64,000 nt of DNA from an uncultured Rhodothermales bacterium. Lineage in GTDB: Bacteria > Bacteroidota > Rhodothermia > Rhodothermales > JABDKH01. The notes below the pieces were generated by a model that saw nothing but the letters and a program-made list of their open reading frames with translations, had not been told where the DNA came from and ran no database searches. Within the stretch, counting starts at the first letter, position 1; every line of letters begins with the position of its first letter. Of the stretch, positions 1 through 8,974 are shown in pieces. The stretch covers positions 73,810-137,809 of the forward strand of contig CBDUKH010000001.1 in assembly GCA_965367755.1 (NCBI GenBank), written 5' to 3'. The position numbers were made by a program, and so were the translations under genes.

Positions 1-312
1 AACCAGGGGTTCGCCTTCAACTGCAGCGAGTGCTTCACTTATTTCGGGGAAGACTTCAATCTCAGGATAGCCATCCATCTTTTTCTTGGACGATAAGACA
101 ATCAGACGTCTGCCCTTGAGCGGTCCGCCGAATTGTTCAACGAGGGACTCGAAAGTTCGTCGACCCATGATCATAGAATGTCCCAGGGTCAACCGTTTGA
201 ATCTCTTGAGATCTTCGGGAATCCGCCAGGGCAGGTCCATGCCATCGCCAATCAGCCGGTTTGCCGTCGCAACTGCGGCGATGATTACTATGCGAGGATT
301 CTTCTTGTCCAT
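1..312 (-). CDS. folA: Dihydrofolate reductase (3' end truncated by window edge)
   Basis: Not in ORF track. Manual translation from ATG at 312: [56 protein letters not shown], with DHFR motifs LPW-x-IPEDL and IMGRRTFES. ATG overlaps the thyA TGA by 1 nt. Confidence 0.95.
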   Translation of the reverse strand, partial: MDKKNPRIVIIAAVATANRLIGDGMDLPWRIPEDLKRFKRLTLGHSMIMGRRTFESLVEQFGGPLKGRRLIVLSSKKKMDGYPEIEVFPEISEALAAVEGEPLV

Positions 313-1106
313 CAAACAGCGACGTCTGCTGCGATGCGCGGGTGATATTCGTATCCGACTAACTCAAAATCTTCATATGAGTAGTCGAATATCGATGACG
401 GCTTCCGATGGATCTCCAGGCGGGGAAGTTTTTTGGGAGTTCGCGACAGCTGAAGCATCACCTGATCCATGTGATTGGAATAGATGTGACAATCGCCGCC
501 AGTAAAGACAAATTCTCCAACATCAAGGTCGCATTGTTGTGCCATCATATGTGTGAGGAGCGCGTACGATGCAATGTTAAAAGGTAAACCGAGAAAACTG
601 TCTACACTACGCTGGTACAGCTGACAGGACAACTTTCCGTCAGCAACATAAAATTGGAATAGCATATGACACGGTGGAAGAGCCATGTCTTTGATCTCAT
701 CAACTTTCCAGGCGCTTACAAGAATGCGACGAGAATCAGGATTGTTTTTGATAGTGTCTACAGCGGACTGTATCTGGTCGGTAATGCTTCCATCAGCGCC
801 TTCCCATCTACGCCACTGTTTCCCGTAGACAGGCCCCAGCTCACCATTTTCATCCGCCCATTCGTCCCATATTGTCACGCCGTTGGCGTTCAGATAGCGA
901 ACGTTTGTGTCCCCACTCAAAAACCAGAGTAGTTCATGTATAATACTTCGAAGATGAACCCTCTTCGTGGTGACGACAGGGAATCCCTCGGAGAGGTCGA
1001 ATCTCATCTGGTATCCGAAAACACTTCGAGTTCCTGTTCCTGTGCGATCCTTCTTGTCGGCTCCATTGTCGACGATGTGCTTCAGATAGGTTAAGTATTG
1101 ACGCAT
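312..1106 (-). CDS. thyA: Thymidylate synthase
   Basis: DRTGTGT, catalytic MALPPCH, YQRSVD-x-FLGLPFN, C-terminal ADVAV; classic thyA-folA pair. Confidence 0.98.
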   Translation of the reverse strand: MRQYLTYLKHIVDNGADKKDRTGTGTRSVFGYQMRFDLSEGFPVVTTKRVHLRSIIHELLWFLSGDTNVRYLNANGVTIWDEWADENGELGPVYGKQWRRWEGADGSITDQIQSAVDTIKNNPDSRRILVSAWKVDEIKDMALPPCHMLFQFYVADGKLSCQLYQRSVDSFLGLPFNIASYALLTHMMAQQCDLDVGEFVFTGGDCHIYSNHMDQVMLQLSRTPKKLPRLEIHRKPSSIFDYSYEDFELVGYEYHPRIAADVAV

Positions 1107-1215
1107 TTTACGGTAGTGGTAGTGCAGGCGTTTTTTCGTGGGAACGACCTGGGTCGGTCACAGGTTGTTACCAACAATCTAATCAAGCGTTGCGCGGAAA
1201 TAAACACTTTTTACG

Positions 1216-1476
1216 ATGGATCCAAACCTTCATCAGAAACAGGGAATAAACCACATCATGCGTGTGCTGAGCTATGCGCAATTTGTGAAAGAAGATGGAA
1301 AAGCGACAGTACACTTGACTTCTGAGGACTGGCATGTCGTTGCGGACACCCTGTTCCACATGGAAACACCGAAAGAAATGCTGCCTGACGTGCTAAGCGA
1401 TTTTCAGCTTACATCATCAAATCAGATCATTGAACTGACAACTGCGGAACTCGTCGTCAATGTAGAAATGATTTAA
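1216..1476 (+). CDS. Small hypothetical protein (86 aa)
   Basis: Fills the gap between thyA and apaG, natural composition; no family recognised. Confidence 0.7.
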   Translation: MDPNLHQKQGINHIMRVLSYAQFVKEDGKATVHLTSEDWHVVADTLFHMETPKEMLPDVLSDFQLTSSNQIIELTTAELVVNVEMI

Positions 1477-1856
1477 TTCGACGCGGCTTTCAGCATGAAT
1501 CGCGGAATCGTCGCTCGAAACCTCTCACCGTTCGTCCATTCCATCAAGTACGTTCCTTCCATACTTCCTGAAAACGTCTCGAGGATGCAGTAGCTATTGT
1601 AGCTATGAGACTGGCCCGGGGAGATAATCGGTTGTAATCCGATTACCCCTTCACCTTCCACTTCCTGGATCTTACCGTTACTGTCGCTTATGAACCAGTG
1701 ACGCCGCAGCAACTGGACGTCTCGTGTGCCGTTGTTTACGATAGTCACAAAATAGCCGAAAGCGAAGCGTCGTTCCATCACGCTGGACTGCCCATCGAGC
1801 CACATTGGCTGTACAGTAACTTCGATGCTTTTTGTATGAGCGACGTAGCTGATCAT
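1473..1856 (-). CDS. apaG: ApaG (Co2+/Mg2+ efflux-associated) protein
   Basis: QLLRRHWFI, VEGEGVIGLQP, GSMEGTY motifs. Confidence 0.93.
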   Translation of the reverse strand: MISYVAHTKSIEVTVQPMWLDGQSSVMERRFAFGYFVTIVNNGTRDVQLLRRHWFISDSNGKIQEVEGEGVIGLQPIISPGQSHSYNSYCILETFSGSMEGTYLMEWTNGERFRATIPRFMLKAASN

Positions 1857-1858
1857 AG

Positions 1859-2701
1859 CTAGTTCCTGTGTATCTCTGCAGTTCGGGCTGCCCTGGCCGT
1901 CTCTGCGGCCTCAATCATTCTGAACACACGTTCCTCAGAAACTGGAGCATCCCATCTTCCATTCTCCTTGAAGGCGCTGCCTACAATAAATCCATCGGCA
2001 TGCACAGACAATTTGCTTAAATTTTCGTGGGTGACTCCACTACCAACGATTACCGGAAGGCTGGTGTTAACGCGAGCGTCATTAAGGTCGTCCACGTTAG
2101 CCGCTCTTCCCGTGCTGACACCGGTAACAATTACCGCGTCAGCCTGGTGTAATTCCATCGTTTCGGCGATGGCACCAATTCCAAGGTCGGACGTCCAGGC
2201 ATGCGATGCATGCTTTTTCTTGATATCTGCGAAGACACTGATGTTATTCGCCCCTATCGACGCCCGGTAACGGACGACCTCCCCGGCAGAAGCTGTTGCT
2301 ATTCCTTTGTCTGAAACATGGGCGTGCGTCCAGCCTTCGGCTCGGATGAAATCACATCCCGCAACATGAGCCACTGCGATGGCTGTCTTGTTAGCCTGAA
2401 ACAACACCTGTATGCCGACTGGAATTCTCTTCGCTCTCCGTTTTACGGCACAGGCAACCCGGGTAAGGGATGCCACGACCTCAGGGCCCTGCAAGTCTTC
2501 TGCGACACACGGGAAGTCTCGCATATTCTCAATAATCAAGCCGTCCACACCCGCACTCAGATAAACCTCTGTTTCGGCAATGGCCCTCTCGACAGCGCTC
2601 TCAACACATACATAGCCAGGGACACCGGGACTTGGTCCAGTATGCACCATCGCTATGATTGGCTTTGGTTTGGCAAACAGTTCAGAAAAGGTACGAGGCA
2701 T
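1859..2701 (-). CDS. BtpA/SgcQ family TIM-barrel protein
   Basis: IIAMVH, IIENMRDFP, FIRAE, ADIKKKH, ADAVIVTG, VGSGVT. Start moved to MPRTF (2701) because family similarity begins there. Confidence 0.88.
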   Translation of the reverse strand: MPRTFSELFAKPKPIIAMVHTGPSPGVPGYVCVESAVERAIAETEVYLSAGVDGLIIENMRDFPCVAEDLQGPEVVASLTRVACAVKRRAKRIPVGIQVLFQANKTAIAVAHVAGCDFIRAEGWTHAHVSDKGIATASAGEVVRYRASIGANNISVFADIKKKHASHAWTSDLGIGAIAETMELHQADAVIVTGVSTGRAANVDDLNDARVNTSLPVIVGSGVTHENLSKLSVHADGFIVGSAFKENGRWDAPVSEERVFRMIEAAETARAARTAEIHRN

Positions 2702-2718
2702 TTTTTTGTCCGGGCAAT

Positions 2719-2744
2719 CGACTGTTTCGTGCGACTGTTTCGTG
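2719..2744. repeat. Perfect 13-bp tandem duplication (CGACTGTTTCGTG x2)
   Basis: Read directly at 2719-2731 and 2732-2744. Confidence 0.9.
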
Positions 2745-2833
2745 TGCCGACAGATAATGAACGCGGCTTCAAATTCTACAGTTCCGAGTGAAAAGCCGTC
2801 TCGCCGTCTATCCTGGACTCCGGACATGTTTGA

Positions 2834-3136
2834 TCACGCCCGATATCCTTTCTGCACGAGCGGAATGTACTCGGTGTGCCTTCGAATATATGACGCCATG
2901 AATGGACAAAGAGGGATAACCTCAAGGCCTTCCGTTCGTGCATACTCTAAAACATGTCGGGCCATTTTGCCCGCGATTCCGCGGCCTTCCAGCTCTACGG
3001 GCACTTCCGTATGCGTAAAGACAATTTTTCCCGTTGCGAGAATGTATTCTACGACGGCAGTAAATCCGTCCACAGTGGCTTCGAATCGCCTTGCATCGGG
3101 GTTGTTGATGATAGTGATGTCAGGCTGATCAAGCAT
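2834..3136 (-). CDS. Small GNAT-family N-acetyltransferase (YjdJ-like)
   Basis: FTHTEVP, EGRGIAGKM, VIPLCPFMASY. Confidence 0.9.
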   Translation of the reverse strand: MLDQPDITIINNPDARRFEATVDGFTAVVEYILATGKIVFTHTEVPVELEGRGIAGKMARHVLEYARTEGLEVIPLCPFMASYIRRHTEYIPLVQKGYRA

Positions 3137-3314
3137 GGTTATCTCTCTGCATTAAAAATGGAACTTGCTGATGAATCGCACTTTCCTTTCATATCAACTA
3201 TCGTCCAGGCACACCTGAGAAACGAACCATCAAGCACTATAGACGTTGACTTCAATTCTTTTTGCCCTAACTTGAATAGTAACGGCTGTTAGCACGTCAC
3301 TTTTCCCTCAGTTT

Positions 3315-5174
3315 ATGAGCGATCAAACTATCGAAAAGTCGGTCGAGGTTCTACCCGAGGCGACTATCCTATTTGCCGGCGATTCCGGAGACGGAATGCA
3401 GCTTACCGGTTCTCAATTTACACTAGCCACCGCATACGCCCGAAACGATCTGGCAACCTTACCAGACTTTCCGGCTGAGATCAGGGCCCCTGCCGGTACA
3501 ACGTACGGAGTCAGCGGTTTCCAGCTTCACTTTGGCTCTGTCAACATCAAGACGCCGGGCGATGACGTAGACCTGCTTGTGGCAATGAACCCTGCTGCCC
3601 TGAAGGTGAATCTGGAACGCGTCCGGATGGATGGTACGATCGTCGTCAACATCGATGCGTTTGAACAACGTAACCTCGACCTCGCTGGCTACGAAAGTAA
3701 TCCCCTCGATGGCAACTCGCTCGATGCCTACAGTGTTATCCCGGTCAAGCTGACTTCCTTAACCCGAGAGGCTCTCAAAGATTTCGGCCTCGGCCAAAAA
3801 GAGATAGATCGATCGAAGAATATGTTCGCGCTGGGGCTCGCATTGTGGTTGTATTCTCGACCCGTGGAGCCGGCGCAGGAATGGCTTACTTCGAAATTCT
3901 CCAAGAAGCCTGACATCCTCAAGGCTAACCTTCATCTGCTCTCGAAAGGCTATCACTATGGTGAAACTACAGAGCAGTTCATCGTTCGATACGACGTCAA
4001 ACCGGCGGCACTCCCATCCGGTAAATATCGGGCCATCCGTGGGGTTCAGGCGCTTGCACTGGGAATCGTTGCTGCGGCAGAGAAAAGCGGTCTCAATATC
4101 TTCTATGGTTCTTACCCAATCACTCCCGCTTCCGACCTCCTGCACGAACTCAGCAGGTACAAGAATTTCAACATCGCCACTTTTCAAGCGGAAGATGAAA
4201 TAGCCGCAGTTGGCTCGGCTCTCGGAGCGAGCTTCGGCGGTACCCTTGGCATTACCGGTACCAGTGGACCTGGACTGGCGCTCAAGTCCGAAACCATTGG
4301 ACTCGCCTTGATGACGGAACTGCCGCTGGTAGTCGTCAACATGCAACGCGGTGGTCCTTCAACAGGTCTGCCCACGAAGACGGAACAGAGCGATTTGCTA
4401 CAGGCCTACTATGGCCGGAACGGCGAGGCACCTCTCCCCATTGTTTCTTGCAGCACTCCGGGAGATTGCTTTGAGGCCGCCTACGAAGCATGCCGTATTG
4501 CCGTCAAATATATGACTCCGGTTATCCTGATGTCCGATGGATATCTGGCCAATGGCTCCGAACCGTGGCTGATTCCCGATCCTGACTCTCTTCGCGACTT
4601 CAATGTCTCTTTCGCGTCAAAGGCTAACGACCCCGACTCAGGGGGCTTCCTGCCTTACGTTCGAGACGAGGCAACCTTGTCGCGTCCATGGGCTCGACCC
4701 GGTACGAAGGGTTTGGAGCATCGACTTGGAGGTCTTGAAAAAGAAGACCGTACAGGCAACGTCTCTTATGATGCCGACAACCACCAGTTAATGACGCATA
4801 TCCGTGAGGATAAAGTAGAAAGGGTCGTACAAGAAATCCCTCCACTCAAGGTGTATGGCGATTCGTCTGGTGACCTGCTGGTAATCGGATGGGGTTCGAC
4901 AAAAGGTGCAATCGAAGCGGCCGTCGACAGGGTTCGTGCCGAAGGAAAGAAAGTCGGTACGGTACAGCTCCGCTACTTGCGTCCATTCGCTCCAAACCTT
5001 GGCGAAGTAGTAAGTCAGTACAAGAACGTTCTGATTCCGGAGCTGAATAATGGCCAACTCGTCAAAATCCTTCGAGACAAATTCCTGCTGCCATTCCACC
5101 AGCAATGCAAGACCGCCGGGACTCCTTTTAAAGCGAGTGAGATCACCGAGCGCATTAAAGAAATTCTAGGATGA
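3315..5174 (+). CDS. korA: 2-oxoacid:ferredoxin oxidoreductase alpha subunit (fused gamma-alpha)
   Basis: FAGDSGDGMQ, YPITPAS, QAEDEIAA, TSGPG, QRGGPSTGLPTK. Confidence 0.95.
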   Translation: MSDQTIEKSVEVLPEATILFAGDSGDGMQLTGSQFTLATAYARNDLATLPDFPAEIRAPAGTTYGVSGFQLHFGSVNIKTPGDDVDLLVAMNPAALKVNLERVRMDGTIVVNIDAFEQRNLDLAGYESNPLDGNSLDAYSVIPVKLTSLTREALKDFGLGQKEIDRSKNMFALGLALWLYSRPVEPAQEWLTSKFSKKPDILKANLHLLSKGYHYGETTEQFIVRYDVKPAALPSGKYRAIRGVQALALGIVAAAEKSGLNIFYGSYPITPASDLLHELSRYKNFNIATFQAEDEIAAVGSALGASFGGTLGITGTSGPGLALKSETIGLALMTELPLVVVNMQRGGPSTGLPTKTEQSDLLQAYYGRNGEAPLPIVSCSTPGDCFEAAYEACRIAVKYMTPVILMSDGYLANGSEPWLIPDPDSLRDFNVSFASKANDPDSGGFLPYVRDEATLSRPWARPGTKGLEHRLGGLEKEDRTGNVSYDADNHQLMTHIREDKVERVVQEIPPLKVYGDSSGDLLVIGWGSTKGAIEAAVDRVRAEGKKVGTVQLRYLRPFAPNLGEVVSQYKNVLIPELNNGQLVKILRDKFLLPFHQQCKTAGTPFKASEITERIKEILG

Positions 5175-5205
5175 ACCAGGCAGTCTGTTGCAGACTGATA
5201 AGGAC

Positions 5206-6381
5206 ATGAGTGACGATAAGGGACCCAAGAAATTCAAACCAGCGAGTCTGCCTCCTAAGGCAGCAAAACCCATGATGCCGCCAGGAGCATCCAAATCCAA
5301 GCCCAGCCTCCCGCCAGGTTCAGGTTCAAAACCCGCAGGACCGCCCTCTGCGAAGCTCCCTCCTGGAGGAGTTGGCGCCAGAAAAAATGGCCTGTCCAAG
5401 AAAGATTTTGAAACCGATCAGGACGTGCGATGGTGCCCAGGCTGTGGTGACTATGCGATACTGGCGGCCGTGCAGCGCCTCATGCCTGAACTCGGAATCC
5501 CGCGCGAGGACGTAGTCTTCATTTCGGGCATCGGTTGCTCAAGTAGATTTCCTTACTACATGAACACGTACGGAATGCATTCGATTCACGGACGGGCACC
5601 AGCGATCGCGACCGGGCTGAAAGTCAGCAGACCAGAATTGGACGTGTGGATTGTCACGGGTGATGGAGATGCGTTGTCAATCGGTGGCAACCACCTCGTT
5701 CACTTGCTCAGAAGAAACGTCAACGTCCAGCTACTTCTGTTTAATAACCAGATCTATGGATTGACGAAGGGGCAATACAGCCCTACATCCGAGATTGGCA
5801 AGGTTACAAAGAGTACCCCCTTCGGATCGCTAGATCATCCATTTAATCCCGCATCGCTTGCACTGGGTGCGGATGCAACTTTCGTTGCGCGCTCCATGGA
5901 CCGGGATCCGAAGCACCTGCAAGGTATCCTGAAAGCAGCGCACACCCACACGGGAGCTTCATTCGTTGAGGTATATCAGAATTGCAACATATTCAACGAC
6001 GGTGCCTTCTTTGACTTTACCGAAAAGGGTACCAAGCCGCGACGCGCGCTTTTTGTCGAACATGGAAAGCCGCTGACATTTGACGGCGGGAAGCAGGGAC
6101 TTCGTTTGGACGACTACCGCTTTAAAGTTATCAGTCTCGAAGGCAAATATTCGATAGATGACTGTCTGGTATATGATGAAACCAACCGAGGCCTCGCCGG
6201 CGCCCTCACGAGAATATTCTTCGACGATGATTTACCACAACCATTTGGGATCTTCTTTCGTCAAGACCGCCCAAATTACGATGCACAACTTCATGACCAG
6301 CTAAAGTCGGTCCTTGAGAAAAAAGGCCCTGGTAGCCTGAAGGATCTGCTTAATGGTGGTGATACCTGGATGATCAACTGA
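5206..6381 (+). CDS. korB: 2-oxoacid:ferredoxin oxidoreductase beta subunit with Pro/Lys-rich N-terminal extension
   Basis: WCPGCGD, SGIGCSSR, TPP-binding GDGD...NN, YQNCNIFN; ATG at 5206 with upstream AAGGA. Confidence 0.95.
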   Translation: MSDDKGPKKFKPASLPPKAAKPMMPPGASKSKPSLPPGSGSKPAGPPSAKLPPGGVGARKNGLSKKDFETDQDVRWCPGCGDYAILAAVQRLMPELGIPREDVVFISGIGCSSRFPYYMNTYGMHSIHGRAPAIATGLKVSRPELDVWIVTGDGDALSIGGNHLVHLLRRNVNVQLLLFNNQIYGLTKGQYSPTSEIGKVTKSTPFGSLDHPFNPASLALGADATFVARSMDRDPKHLQGILKAAHTHTGASFVEVYQNCNIFNDGAFFDFTEKGTKPRRALFVEHGKPLTFDGGKQGLRLDDYRFKVISLEGKYSIDDCLVYDETNRGLAGALTRIFFDDDLPQPFGIFFRQDRPNYDAQLHDQLKSVLEKKGPGSLKDLLNGGDTWMIN

Positions 6382-6649
6382 TCCCGGGAAGGTTGATCAT
6401 CTGATCCCCGAAGAAAAAAAGTCCATTGGGGATAGGTAATTGATCCTCCATCGTGCCGGAGGCAGTCAGCCTATCTCGTGAAACCCGCGTGCTTTCGTCT
6501 CTTCCAGCCCATCCGGCGGATTTTGCCAACCCTCCCGATTAGTTCATAATTGGCGATTTTGGGTACTAAAGAAGCCAAGTCAGTAGTCGATACAAGGTGT
6601 GAATCCTCCGGCGCGAGGTCCACCTGCTTTATTGAACACTGGCAAACCC

Positions 6650-8110
6650 ATGAAACGATTAGCATACTTTGTATTCCCACTATTTGTCGCTGGCATTTTT
6701 ATTACTGGGTGCGATGCATTCAAGTCCGACGACTCGGGCGATCTGACTATCACTGGATTTGTCATCGATCAGGACGACCGTGCTGTTGCTAACGCCACTG
6801 TGGAAGTTCTCCCGATTGGAGATTTTGCAACTACAGATGCCAACGGCGCATATGTACTGACTGTCAATCTCGATTCTACTTCATCACTGACCCTTTCGGG
6901 ATCGAAAGCCGGCTACAGTACGGCAAATAGTAACTTCGTCGGCCGAGCAGGCGAGAGTATTGAATTGACTCTCCGGCTGGTGCTTCAGAATAACACGCCG
7001 GTTGAATCTGGACAAGCATCCAACATCTTGCTTGCCGGACAGAGTGCATCAGCGATTGGAGTTACAGAAAGTGGTTCTGAAGAAGTAGCGCAGGTCACTT
7101 TCCAGGTCACAGATTCTACAGGTACTCCGATTACCCTGAGCAACGCCGTGACCGTCAACTTTGCAATTGGATCGGGTCCGGGCGGCGGCGAATTCTTATT
7201 CCCAAGCAGTGTGCAAACCGACAACTCGGGGATGGCCGAAGTCAACCTCTCTGCCGGGACCGCAGCTGGCGTAGTGCAGATAGTTGCGAGCGCATCCGTT
7301 GGCGGTTCAGTGGTACGCTCACTGCCAGTGGCCATGACGATCCACGGTGGCTTGCCAGATGAAGCACACTTTACTCTGGGGCCAGAAAAATTCAACTTCC
7401 CGGGTCTTCTGCAGTTCGGACTACAAAATGGGGTTTCGGTTCTGGTAGGAGATAAATGGTTTAATCCCGTACGACCTGGTACAGCAGTTTACTTTACTGC
7501 GGACCACGGTGTCATCGAAGGATCGACATTGACGAATGGAACCGGCCAGGGAAGCGTGAATCTGCTATCCGGTAATCCGATACCATCAGATGGAGTCAGC
7601 ATCATCACAGCCACGACAGCTGATGAGAACCAGGACGAAGTGTCGGCGCAGACACCAGTATTGTGGACAGGCTCTCCGATCATTACGATTACGCAGACTG
7701 GAAGCACGAACGACCCGTTCGTTCGAACATACGACTATACGGTAATGGATCGGAACGGCAACCCGATGTCAGAGGGTACCACGATTACGGTCACCGCAGC
7801 AGGTCGGAAGATTATTACCACAGGAAACATAAACACAAGGCTCAGTGATACGGTGTTCCTGAATGGAGGGATGACCTACGCAGATGTATTGCGAGGTCCG
7901 GGAATCACCGAGTTCGGTTTCGCTGTTGTTGAGGATCCCGATGGAGAAGCAACCGACACTCCAGCATTGGCACAGATTACGATCGGAGTTGCAGGACCGA
8001 ATGGTAATCTTGAGATTACCTTTGGCGCATCTGGAGCGTCGACATCGACAGAAGGAGCGGTTGTCCAGCAGCTGGACGACAAAACGATAATGGTAGGTAC
8101 CCAGTTCTAG
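6650..8110 (+). CDS. Putative surface lipoprotein with carboxypeptidase-regulatory-like and Ig-like (invasin/Big-type) domains
   Basis: Lipobox-like FITGC after MKRL and a hydrophobic stretch; G-x-V-x-D...V...TT D-x-NG-x-Y repeat signature; Thr/Gly/Val-rich beta strands. Confidence 0.7.
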   Translation: MKRLAYFVFPLFVAGIFITGCDAFKSDDSGDLTITGFVIDQDDRAVANATVEVLPIGDFATTDANGAYVLTVNLDSTSSLTLSGSKAGYSTANSNFVGRAGESIELTLRLVLQNNTPVESGQASNILLAGQSASAIGVTESGSEEVAQVTFQVTDSTGTPITLSNAVTVNFAIGSGPGGGEFLFPSSVQTDNSGMAEVNLSAGTAAGVVQIVASASVGGSVVRSLPVAMTIHGGLPDEAHFTLGPEKFNFPGLLQFGLQNGVSVLVGDKWFNPVRPGTAVYFTADHGVIEGSTLTNGTGQGSVNLLSGNPIPSDGVSIITATTADENQDEVSAQTPVLWTGSPIITITQTGSTNDPFVRTYDYTVMDRNGNPMSEGTTITVTAAGRKIITTGNINTRLSDTVFLNGGMTYADVLRGPGITEFGFAVVEDPDGEATDTPALAQITIGVAGPNGNLEITFGASGASTSTEGAVVQQLDDKTIMVGTQF

Positions 8111-8143
8111 CCGGAAGAGGTACACCAATAGAATAATCGAACT

Positions 8144-8179
8144 GCCCCTGACGGTCTCCGTCAGGGGCTGTTTCGTTTC
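8144..8179 (+). terminator. Intrinsic terminator
   Basis: Perfect 11-bp stem GCCCCTGACGG/CCGTCAGGGGC, 3-nt loop, followed by TGTTTCGTTTC. Confidence 0.8.
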
Positions 8180-8253
8180 ATCCTGACGTGAACGTACGAA
8201 TACCTGCTAACCCGCCTTGCAACAGCCTAACCGCCGCCTGGCATCGGATACAA

Positions 8254-8865
8254 TTATGTTAGCTTGAGCATACTCCACGACGTAAACGTCGCTATCGGAG
8301 CGCTCGCTACAGTTTCATACCCTTGGCTGCGATATATATCGACATTCTCTTGCGTTTCAGTGTTCAGGCAGACACCCTCTGATTGGTCGTTGCTCTTCGA
8401 CAGGTGGTCGATATATTTGAGCATTCGTTTCCCGACGCCTTTACCCTGAGAATCCGGCTCGACTGCCAGAATCCCCAAATAATAGTAGCTCCCGGCCGGA
8501 ACCAGTGCCTCACTTTCTTCCTCATAGTAGACCAGCCGCTCAAAAGACGTCTCCCCGATCTCATCCTTCAGCTTACCGAGCAATCGGTCCATTGTCGACT
8601 TTGACTCGCTGGCTCCGGGTGGCGTGAGTAGGGCAACCGCTTTCACACGAGCCTCTTCACGGCAAACCACAATTGGCCAGTCGTGCTGAACAAAGATGTC
8701 CAGATAGAATTTCTGGATGGCTGACAGATCGGTTTCATAGGTTTTCGAACCTCCAAGAACATATCTCATCGGAGGATACTCCATGAATGCTGAAGTCATA
8801 ATGGTTGAGATGAGATGAGCGGCCTCTTGAGGCACCTTCACCTGCTCTATACTTGGATCGGTCAT
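8254..8865 (-). CDS. GNAT-family N-acetyltransferase
   Basis: YYLGILAVEPDSQGKGVG (acetyl-CoA motif A), LNTETQEN...Y...GY. Confidence 0.88.
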   Translation of the reverse strand: MTDPSIEQVKVPQEAAHLISTIMTSAFMEYPPMRYVLGGSKTYETDLSAIQKFYLDIFVQHDWPIVVCREEARVKAVALLTPPGASESKSTMDRLLGKLKDEIGETSFERLVYYEEESEALVPAGSYYYLGILAVEPDSQGKGVGKRMLKYIDHLSKSNDQSEGVCLNTETQENVDIYRSQGYETVASAPIATFTSWSMLKLT

Positions 8866-8974
8866 TGGCGGGCACTATCCCGTGGAAAGACTCTACAAAC
8901 CCTGGTTGATATAGTAACTTTTGTTATGATTTTGCGTCAACAGGATCACACATCAAATAAGGCACGGACATAAA

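Noticed and set aside
1107-1215. Hairpin (1143-1169) in the thyA leader as a possible THF or ZTP riboswitch
   Set aside because: The conserved THF and ZTP (pfl) sequence elements are absent; only a generic 9-bp stem.
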